Below are positions 52,938 to 64,000 of a stretch of DNA of 64,000 nt, piece by piece. A program made the position numbers and the translations under genes. The notes under the pieces were generated by a model. The model was given only the letters and a program-made list of their open reading frames with translations. It had not been told where the DNA came from and made no database searches. The stretch comes from Octopus vulgaris (taxonomy: Eukaryota), in assembly GCA_951406725.2 (NCBI GenBank), contig OX597814.1, positions 132,556,001-132,620,000 on the forward strand, given 5' to 3'. How positions within the stretch are numbered: the stretch's first letter is position 1; every line of letters starts with the position of its first letter.

Positions 52938-53043
52938 TCATAATCATCTTCAAAATTGACATTGCTATAGTTAATATTTCAGGAAACAGCACTCGCCCGC
53001 ACTCTCAGCAGCTTAGTTATGTATAACTGCAGAATGTTAAACA

Positions 53044-53635
53044 TACATACATATGTTTGTGTGTATGTATGCATGTATGTATGTATGTATGTATGTATGT
53101 ATGCATGTATGTATGTATGAATGTATGTATGTATGCATGTATGAATGTAATGTATGTATGTATGTATGTATGTATGTGTGTGTGTATGTATGTATGTGTG
53201 TGTGTTTGTATGTATGTATGTGTGTATGTATGTATGTATGTATGTATGTATGTATGTATGTATGTATGTATGTATGTATGTATGTATGTATGTATGTATG
53301 TATGAATGAATGTATGTATATATGCGTGAATGTATGTATGTATGCATGTATGTATGAATGTATGTATGAATGTATGTATGAATGTATGTATGTATATATG
53401 TGTGTGTGTATGTATGTATGTATGTATGTATGTGTTAGATACATATGATGTATGTATGTATGTATGAATGTATGTATATATGTGCGAATGTATGTATGTA
53501 TGCATGTATGTATGAATGTATGTATGTATGTATGTATGAATGAATGTATGTATATATGCGTGAATGTATGTATGTATGCATGTATGTGTGTATGTATGTA
53601 TGTATGTATGTATGTGTTAGATACATATGATGTAA
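53044..53635. repeat. Long (ATGT)n microsatellite with higher-order variant blocks
   Basis: Directly visible; block ending GTTAGATACATATGATGTA occurs twice. Confidence 0.95.
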
Positions 53636-54432
53636 ACACTTACACAGGCACACATGCACACTGGCATATACACATGCATGATTACATTATATCTGTTTAT
53701 ATAGCTCATCAGTTCAGTACATCATCAGGCCACTTAATATTGCACAAATCCCAGCCTTAATGTACATTTCATTAAGTGATTCTCTAAAAGTTTTGAACTA
53801 ACAGATCACTATAAAAAGAAAAAAAATGTATCTTTGTTAATTAGATTTGCACTTATATTGACAGTTTAATATTAAGTCAGCTTAGCATACAGCTTTCTAA
53901 CTTAACAAAACTTGTCTGGCACATCATTAACAGCAATAATTTTAATGATCAATTTGAAGTAATATTCAACAGTCTGTGAAAAGGAGGAGAGTTATAGAAA
54001 GTATTTCAGCTGAAGAGCTTGTCATACATTTAGGTTAGAATGTTGGATTTACATCTGATTTTCCAGCAAATAACATCAAGCAAATATAAAATACACAGTA
54101 ACTGCATTTTCTTATATTTTGCATTACCCAGGTAGAAATAAAGTATAGTTACTTGTGATCATCTAAATATGTATGTAGATTAGTAACTATAATTGTGGCT
54201 GAACAACAAGTAATTTGTGGAATTAGGCATCCAGTTAAGTGTGTGTGCATGCGTATGCACATGCACACATGCATGGTTTCAGAGTTATCTTGGCTCAGAT
54301 AGAACAAAATTATTAGATAAGCAATGATATTTTTTTCTTAGCATTTAACAGCTAAAAATTATACGATCTAATTGACTGAATTCTTATATATTTCTGAATT
54401 TGAATAAAATAGGAAAATTGCTGAAAAGTACT

Positions 54433-55400
54433 TCATCATCATCATCATCATCATTGTTTAACGTCCGTTTTCCATGCTAGCATGGGTTGGACGATTTTGA
54501 CTGAGGGCTGGCGAACCAGATGGCTGGCTGCACCAGGCTCCAATCTTGATCTGGCAGAGTTTCTACAGCTAGATGCCCTTCTTAACGCCAACCACTCCGA
54601 GAGTGTAGTAGGTGCTTTTTATGTGCCACCGACACGGGATACTTGTGTCTCAGAAATGATGTATACTTACTTACTGTAAACAAATATGCAAATTGTTAGG
54701 TATATTTAATTTGGTATCTCAGTGTATCAGGAAAGGTATGTTAGCATTTAAAGCCAATGGTGCTATGAGAAATGCTGCCACAAGAATTTCTTCTATAAGA
54801 TTATAATTCATGTCATTTCTAATAAATCTAATATATTTGCAACATGATGGAAACATTATCACATAAGTAACTGAGGCAAGTATGTATTAGATCTCTCTCT
54901 TCCTTTATCCTCTAATTCACTCTCTTTATCTCCATTCTCTCTCTCTCTCTCTCTAAATCTTTATCTATCTATGTATCTATCTATCTATCTCTCCCTTTTG
55001 ATATATCTAATGCATATGATATATTCATAAATTTATATAAATATATATATATCATCATCATCATCATCATCATCATCATCGTTTAACGTCCGCTTTCCAT
55101 GCTAACATGGGTTGGTCAATTTGAGTGACGTCTGGCAAACCAGATGGCTGCACCAGACTCCAATCTGATCTGGCGGAGTTTCTACAGCTGAATGTCCTTC
55201 CTAACGCCAACCACTCCGAGAGTGTAGAGGGTGCTTTTATATGCCACCAGCACAAGGGCCAGTTATGCGGTACTGGCAACTTCCACGCTCAAATGGTCCT
55301 TTTTATGTGCCACCTGCACAGGAGCCAGTCCAGTGGCACTGGCAATGACCTCGCTCGAATGTTTTTTCACATGCCACCACCACAAGTGCTAGTAAGACAA
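54433..55400 (-). mobile_element. Two copies (54433-54635, 55052-55400) of SINE/RTE-tail family D with (ATG)n tail
   Basis: (CAT)n-GTTTAACGTCCG-TTTCCATGCTA-CATGGGTTGG; + strand fragments at 46741-46855 and 63432-63480. Confidence 0.7.
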
Positions 55401-57851
55401 TGCAGATATATATATGATATATACATACATACAAGAATATGTATATTTGTATGTATGTGCGTCCATATGTATAGTGTATATATACATAGAATTATGCTAA
55501 ATGTACTTACCTTTGTTTAAATTTGTACTGATTTAAGTGTATTGGTATATAACCAAGTCAATATATATATCCACATCCACGTGTGTGTATGTGCATGCAT
55601 GTGTCTATGTATGTGTGTGCATGCGCATATGTGTAATTAGAAACATAGTCTACAGTAATAAATGAAGATATATGATTTTGCATGAAATATATCTAATGGT
55701 ATGTTGAAAATAAATAATGCAATTTTTTTTCTTTCATTCTGCCTTTTTTTTTTTTTTTTTTCATTTTCTTTTGTCTGTTTTGTCTCCCCCTTCTTTCTTG
55801 CACACATAACAAAACAATCATAACTGAATTAAATTAGTTTTTCACTCATTCAATCTTATAAGTGTCTTCGGTCATACTGGGCTCTAGGATTTTTGTCATA
55901 CCGAACTGTCTGACACACATGAAATAATGAGGGACCACATGCAAAAGTAAAGATCAAAAATTGAAATAAGATATAGGATATAATATAACAGAACCGTGTA
56001 GAAGGTGATTTTTTTTTTAATTTCCTTTTTTTTTTTTTTTTTCAAATTATGAATAATGAATGTCAAAGATCCAAAATGATCATCAGATACTATTGTTTAA
56101 ACTCATAACACCTACATTAATTAAGCAATTAAAGGTTGGGAGATTGAATGACAAATATATTCTCTAGGATATAATGGGTAGTCATTTGAAGGTAACATAT
56201 TTAGACTATTAAACCTTTTTTTCATGTGAACATAATCTATAAAACAGTTGGTATATCTAATTTCAATACAGCTAAACAGGTATCATATAACTCTCCTCCT
56301 ATAGCAGGACAGAAGAAAAACTGGTATTTATTTGCAAGCATTTTGGTAATCTGAAGCAGTGAGAAATAAACTATTGTTCATTTTTCTTCAAATTCTATAT
56401 GCCCCCTGTAGAAATGTGGGCTTTAAAACAATGATGATGGTGAGGATACATGGACTTACTGATGTGCTTTAAACATGCCAAATGATTTACTGAATAGCCG
56501 TACACATAAAGACACACACATACAAGGAAATACAATCAAATATGCATCATGCATACAAACATACATACATACATGCATTATATATATGCATATATATATA
56601 TATATATATACATATATATGCACATATACAGAGAAAGAGAGAGACTGGAAGAGGAGAACAAAGTATCTTAAAAGTTTTCAGGTACTCACAAGCTGAAGCA
56701 AAATAGCTTATAAATCCCACAATGTACATAAATATATATGTATATACACACACATACACATATATATACACACATACGCATATATACATATGTACATATA
56801 CATATATACACATATGTTTACACATACATATACCTCTAATATCTACACATATGTATATATGTGTGTGCATAATTATGTGTGTATATGTATATACATATAT
56901 ATATCAATGCTTCACATTTAATTTACTACATAAATTATAACAAATTACCATAAGCTGGTTGTCATATTGTAACAGATATATATAGTGTTCTGACACCAGC
57001 ATGTGAGATCGAATAACGTGAAGAGACTGGCAACATAGTCAATCACCAAATGGATCTTGACAGAGGTTAAATTTCAGTCTGAAAATGCCTTAAATTTATA
57101 GCAATCAGAGGTGAATTCTACTTCATGTGTGCTATTTATCATTGCTATAAGTTAAGTATTATGCAAACAGACCTTCATATATGATATTGCATTCAGCACA
57201 TCACATATATAGTATATCTGTGACAAAGAAATTAAATTTAAGGATATGTTAAATCTTATAAGATATAGAAAGCTGCAGTAATATTTCTTGAATACGTATG
57301 CACAACATTAATTCTTTTATAATAGAAAGATAAATTCAAATTAGATAATTATTTGTATTTTTTTATTTTATTGAACTTTCTCCTATACAACAGACAAGTA
57401 AAGAAAGTCATTTGGTTTGATGTAAACTCTTAACATAAATAAAAGCAGTTGTACTCAGAGATAATTATATAAGCTGAAGAGCTCAGTATTATAAAGGTGA
57501 GAGATGTGACTATGTGGCATTTGTGTCTTTCGCAAACTCATTATTGATATATTGATAATATTGTAAGTGTGAAGCAAAGTGAAATAATATCATTAAGGTG
57601 CCAGGAAAAAGAGAGACTTCTGTAATACAATCAATTTTTAAACAGGTGCAATGTTTGAAGTTTAGAGAAGAAAAAGACTATCTAATAGTACAATATTCGC
57701 AACTTTTTACAAAGGTGTCACTGGTCCTATAATGGAAGGGAAATAGTTGTAACTTAGAATTGAAGTTAAATCTCAGAGTTGACATGCAGAAAAGAAAATG
57801 AGCTTCAAATAATTAACATTTTCATAGACACAAATTATTTGACATACAAAC

Positions 57852-58077
57852 TGTTGTGTCTGAGGAGAGTCATTATCTTTTTGCTCCTTATAATTTAACA
57901 CACTCACTGGTAAAATTTCCACTTATTTTTATTTTTATTTTCCAAGACTACTGAAAAGGTTGCAAGACGCAACGAAAATTTTAGGAAAATAAAAATAAGA
58001 AATAAGTGGAAATTTTATTGGCGAGTGTGTTAAATTATAAAGCACAAAAAGAAAATGACTCTCCCCAAACACAACAG
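57852..58077. mobile_element. Foldback insert with a minimal hammerhead-like motif in the loop (+ strand, 57948-57984)
   Basis: ~92-bp arms; CTA-CTGAAAA-G-GTTGC-AAGAC-GCAAC-GAAA-AT-TT-TAG; possible TSD ACA(T/C)ACAAACT. Confidence 0.6.
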
Positions 58078-58163
58078 AATATGCTTCAACACACAAACTC
58101 ATATAATGAATCTTGCAAACCAAATTCCAAAACGAAATATATATGTATATATATATATATATA

Positions 58164-58235
<72 letters not shown>

Positions 58236-58757
58236 ATAGATATATATATAGAGAAAGGGGGAGAGAGAGAAGGGGCAAAGTGTAGGGGACAATTTTCTTT
58301 ATTCATGTATCTATTTTTTAAAAGTGTAATATGATCAAATTCAATATGAAATATATTTTTACTAGATTACAAATCCAGAGTAAAGATTATACTAGTGCAA
58401 CTTCAGAAACACACATATGCATATGTGCACATACACATATACACATACAGTTATAGCTAAACACAGCCTCTACTCTGAACTTACAGAAGGTCACTGCCTA
58501 AGAAGTGCATTTAAGAAATACTTTCATGATTGCAACAATAGCAATCTGTCCTCATTCAATATACATCCTAACAAAAGTTAAAAAGTAAGCAAATACTTCA
58601 AGAACTGGAAGGAAGCAAGCATGCAGAACAGAAGCAAATCACATTCAGCACTAACAAGCCAAAGAAAAAGGAATAAAGAAAAAAGGAAAGAACTCAACAA
58701 TGACACGTAAGATAAAGACCATCTCCACAGCTTCAGTGCCAAACATCAGAAGGCACA

Positions 58758-58947
58758 TTATTTACATTATTTACATTTGACATATGTTTGTCCTCATCTT
58801 GTTTGTTGTTAACACGTTTCGGCTGATATACCCTCCAGCCTTCATCAGGTGTCTTGTTAACAACAAACAAGATGAGGACAAATATCTGTCAAATGTAAAT
58901 AACATAAATAATGTACATAATTCCTCATTTCTTAAATATTGAACTGT
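58758..58947 (-). mobile_element. Penelope-type foldback insert with hammerhead core and 13-bp TSD
   Basis: TSD ATCAGAAGGCACA (58745-58757, 58948-58960); arms 58767-58814 and 58855-58902; minus GACAC-CTGATGA-A-GGCTG..CAGCC-GAAAC-GTGTT. Confidence 0.75.
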
Positions 58948-59033
58948 ATCAGAAGGCACAGTTATGATAATGGAAATATCAACAACATCATTGAAGAAAC
59001 CCTGGAAATGTAATATACATACATACATACATT

Positions 59034-59065
<32 letters not shown>

Positions 59066-59394
59066 CACACACACATATATATATATATATATACATTTCT
59101 CTCACACAAATACTCTTTATAATGTATGTATGTATGTATGTATGTATGTATGTATGTATGTATGTATGTATGTATGTATGTATGTATGTATGTATGTATG
59201 CATGCATACATGCATGCATGTATGTATGTATGTATGTATGTATGTATGTCACGAGAGAAGTCTCCAACGATCAGTTATATCAAATTCTGAGTAACATCTT
59301 GCAAAGTTTTTCAGCTTCAATAAAATATTTTAGTCTACCTTTGTTTTTAGTATTTGAGTACTTTTTTCTCCATCTTGTTTTGTATTTATGTGCT

Positions 59395-59446
<52 letters not shown>

Positions 59447-60540
59447 TGTGTGTGTGTTTGTGTGTGTATGTCATTCATCATCATCATCATCATAGTTTTA
59501 CATACACTTTCTACACTAGCAAGTGTTCAATTGCTCATTACTGTCCAAGTTCAGTTTATATATTTTCTAGTCATAAATACTAGTCTTGTTACCTCTGTCA
59601 TACTTCTTTACTTTCAATCTTGTTTACATATTTATATACTTCTATCAATCTCTCCCCTGATTCTAATTCATCATATTCCCTAAATTTTGTCTCTCTTTAT
59701 TTCCTTTCTTACAATTATCCTTTCCCTACACTTAATATAACTCCATATTTTAATTGTTGTCATATACTTAGATATTGGTAGAACATAAGTTTTCTGATAT
59801 ATTTGATATTTAACTAACTCTGTCTTTCTTGAATCCTTATTCCTAATTTCAAGCCCTAAACATATAACATAAAAATCCTAATATTCATAAACTTCTATAC
59901 TTAATCCAATACTATTACAAACTACAAATATCATTAACCATTAAAAATGCATTCTCCTCATAGTTAATTCCTGGTCTTGAATTCATGTAATTCCAACCTC
60001 AGTACCATTACCTTTCTCAGTGGTAATCCCATTTTAAAGTCTATAGGTAAATATTTTGAATTTATCTCCCCTTCATTTCACACTCTCTATAAACATGTCT
60101 TATTTAAATAGTTGTCATTACATTGACCCATCAAAAGCACATCCTGGTTTCTTGAATATATTTATTCTCCAAATTAGCTTTAAATTTAAATCTATATGTT
60201 TTTCAATAACCGCTTCCCACCATAAACTATTATATTATTATTATTTATGTTTGACCTCTCAAAAGGTTCTTTAAACAATTACGATTTTTTTTTTAAAATT
60301 TCATGTTTTAAACTCCTACAATATTATCACAAATTTTAATAATGATCACAAAATTTACCACTAAAAATATTCAATTTTAATTTACAAACACCTTTCAGTA
60401 CAAGATGCATACAGTACAAGTCACATATACTCTACCATTCAGTATTTTAAATCAAATTCTAATAGCAGGATTAAATATTTGAACTACAAAGAAATATTTT
60501 TATATGTTGTAACATGCCTGCTACTCAACTACCACAACAA

Positions 60541-60541
60541 T

Positions 60542-60581
<40 letters not shown>

Positions 60582-60641
60582 GCTACTACTACTGCTGCTG
60601 CTACTACTACTGCTACTACTACTACTTTGCTGCTGCTGCTG

Positions 60642-60726
<85 letters not shown>

Positions 60727-60755
60727 AATTGCTGCTGCTGCTACTTCTGCTGCAA
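60541..60755. repeat. (TAC)n/(TGC)n trinucleotide tract
   Basis: Directly visible. Confidence 0.95.
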
Positions 60756-60789
60756 CTATTATTCAATATGAACAATAATTCTTTCAAAT

Positions 60790-61407
60790 TTTAGGACAAG
60801 GATAACAACACTAGTGGGAATGGATAGCTGATGACATCGACCTAGTACTTCATCTCATTGACCCTGAAGGGATGAATGGCAAAGTTGACTTGGCTGTATT
60901 TGAGCTCAGAGCATAAAGGGACAGAAACAATATCACAAGACATTTTTTTTCTGATACTCGAATTCCGGCAACCAGCTACCTTCACTATAGTAATAATAAT
61001 AATGTGTATTGCAAAAGTCAGCATTACTTGGAACTGCACACATATTGCGTAAAGTACTATCTGTCTGAGGTCCTTGTTGTGACTTGACAAACAGTACCTA
61101 CCCCCCAGAAGGCACAATGTCCTCAATCAACAGCCTCATGATATTGTATACTGTGCAACATCTATAATAAGGATAATAATAATAATCCTTTCTACTATAA
61201 GCACAAGGCCTGAAATTTTTGGGGAGGACACTAGTCAAATACATTGACCCTAGTGTTCAAATGGTACTTATTTTATTGACCTCGAAAGGATGAAAGGCAA
61301 AGTCAACCCCAACAGCATTTGAACTCAGAACATAAAATTGGATGAAATACTGCTAAGCATTTTGCCCACCATGCTAACGATTCTGCTAGCTCACTGTCTT
61401 CTTAATG

Positions 61408-61440
<33 letters not shown>

Positions 61441-61925
61441 TAGTAATAGTAATTCTTTCTACTAGAAGCACAAGGCCTCATAATTATGGGAAGGGATTAA
61501 GTCAATTACATCAACCCTAGTATACAACTGGTACTTAATTTATCGACCCTGAAAGGAAGAAAGGCAAAGTTGACCTCGGCTGAATTTGAACTCAGAACGT
61601 AGCAGCAGATGAAATACCTATTTCTTTACTACCCACAAGTGGCTAAACACAGAGAGGACAAACAAGGACAAACACATGGATTAAGTCGATTATATCAACC
61701 CCAGTGTGTAACTGGTGCTTATTTAATCGACCCTGAAAGGATGAAAGGCAAAGAGGACCTTGGCTGAATTTGAACTCAGAACGTAGCAGCAGACGAAATA
61801 CCACTAAGCGTTTCGCCCGGCTTTCTAACGTTTCTGTCAGCTCGCTGCCTTAATAATAATGATAATAATGATAAGGATTTCTTTATTAACCACAAGGGTT
61901 TACATAAAGAAAAACATTATGTGTA

Positions 61926-61956
<31 letters not shown>

Positions 61957-63410
61957 AAAGAAAGAGAGAAAGAAAGAGAGCGAGAGTAAGAGTGTAAGTC
62001 TGTGTACACATACACACACATATGTTTCACGCTCTCTCACTTTCAGCTATTTTGATGCCTGTGTAATAGGAAGTTACACCAGAGACTTGTTGACTTCTGA
62101 TACACTCCACCATCACTCCTTTGGACCAGTAACTATCACCCTCTCTCCCCAGGTTTCTTGTAATTGGCATCCACCATTCTCTCTATCTATTGACCACTTC
62201 TATGACTATCAGTCACTCACTTTCTTTCTGTTACCAGTGAACATGTAACTGCCATCATCTCTTCCATTATTCCCTGCCATTACTGTTTCTCTTAGATTAC
62301 TTTTTTCAGTACTTTTCCCTTCTACCACTCATTCCCATTCCACACTATCTCCTGAAACTGCACCTACTCTATTCCTCCCATCTCACACTAACAACATCCT
62401 CCCATTCACAGTTGTTCATCTTCTGCCATTGTTCTCTCTTCCATTCAATCTAAACAGTTTAAGCAGAAAAGAACTTTGTAGTCATACAAGATACAAGTTA
62501 ATCTCACTGTCACTGGCACCATATTAAAATGCACCCAATAAACTCTATAAAGTGATAGGAGAATAAATGAATACATAGTAATACCAAGAGTACCCCTTAC
62601 TCCTATTGAAGATAGGTCTCACTCTGTAGTTTTCATGCTGTGATAAGATTCACTCAGAAATTTTGCTAAGTGGTTGCTCTTATAAAGGATATCCAACCAT
62701 AGAAACCTTGTCATATGTAAAAGTGTAGCAACACCAAATAAGAACTGACCCCTTGCCAAACTGATAAAATGGAAACAAAACAATGATGATGATGATGATG
62801 ATGATGATCAACATATAATAATGATGATAATAATAATAACTATTTCAAATATTTGCCACAAGGGCAGCTTGAGGGAGGTGGGGATAAGTCAATTACATCA
62901 ACCCCAGTGTTCAACTGGTACTTACTTTATCAACCCTGAAAGGATGGAAGGCTAAGTCAACCTCAAATGATAATAATAATAATAAAAAATAACAATCTTT
63001 TCTGCTCTAGACACAAGGCCCAAAGTTTTGGGGAAAGGAGCCAGTCGATTAGGTCAACTCCAGTACACAACAGGTATTTAATTTATCAACCCTGAAAGGG
63101 AAGAAAGGCAAGGTTGACCTTGGCAGAATTTGAACTCAGAACGTAGCAACAGACAAACTACCGCTAAGCATTTTGTCAAATACTTAATAATAATAATAAT
63201 TGTAATAATAACAATAATAATAATGGTTTCACATTTTGGCCCAAGGCTAGCAATTTTAAAGGAAATGGTAAGTCAGTCACATTGACTCCAGTGTTCAACT
63301 GGTACTTATTTTATCGACCCCAAAAGGATGAAAGGCAAAGTTGAACTCAGCAGAATTTGAACTCAGAACATAATGACAGACAAAATTTTGCTAGGTATTT
63401 TGCCCAGTAT
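60790..63410 (-). mobile_element. Cluster of at least 7 co-oriented SINE family C copies interspersed with (TAA)n
   Basis: Repeated TTATCGACCC-GAAAGGATGAAAGGCAAAGTTGAC...TTTGAACTCAGAAC; groups at 60790-61850 and 62840-63410. Confidence 0.8.
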
Positions 63411-64000
63411 ATATATATATATATATATATAGTCCAACCCATGCTAGCATGGAAAGCGGACGTTAAATGATGATGATGATACATATATATATATATATAT
63501 ATGTATACAAACATTTATGCACATGCTTACAAACATACATACATATATATATTGTAATTGTTTTAAGATAAATTTTAATTGATCAACAATCACCATTGAC
63601 ATACTCAGGAAAATTATTTATTACCATGTATTCTTGGCTATTTCCAGTTGACATAATCAACTTGAAACAATGATTTTGAATGGTAAATAAAAATTCATTA
63701 AAACATTGATGAGGAATTTCGCTTTTATATTAAGAAACAAATCACAAAATGCAAGACAACAAATAAACAATAACTCTATAGTTAATTAATAGACATACAT
63801 ATATTATATAGATTATTATTCACAGATGTGTCCTTTATCAAAGATTCACTATTATACATGCAAATATAAGACAACAAATAAAATATAATGAAAATCTATG
63901 ACAATGATCTGTCATCAATTTGCATTATATGAAGTACTTGCATTATATAATCACAAGTAAATGATATGCAAAGTATATTATTTGGGATTTAAACATTAAT

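Noticed and set aside
41690-55920. Possible minus-strand exons (41690-41730, 48673-48795, 52979-53028, ~55850-55910)
   Set aside because: Isolated splice-like signals with short unrecognisable peptides; cannot be chained into a gene

Overview
AT-rich, microsatellite- and transposon-dense animal genomic DNA; the SINE families look like those of Octopus (cephalopod), which is recognition rather than a database result. One host gene can be fully reconstructed: a 7-exon + strand gene (1193-24871, 247 aa, all GT-AG introns, phases consistent) encoding a divergent ATG27/cation-dependent mannose-6-phosphate-receptor-like type I membrane protein. Everything else that can be interpreted is repetitive: several SINE families, CRE, RTE, Hero, CR1 and L1/Tx1 LINE relics, Chapaev3, mariner, hAT, piggyBac and Helitron relics, and many foldback inverted repeats. 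The highlight is in intron 5: an 816-bp insertion (18586-19401, 12-bp TSD) made of ~360-bp tandem units plus an inverted copy. It carries two intact-looking type I hammerhead ribozymes on the minus strand (U3-A8 covariant core, Schistosoma-like CAAAUA loop), predicting a 357-nt structured, potentially circular retrozyme RNA. Several other minimal hammerhead motifs sit in short Penelope-type inserts. Two Tx1-like LINEs both sit in (TATC)n and share their 3' tail with a SINE. Almost all ORFs in the supplied track are microsatellite or TE artefacts.
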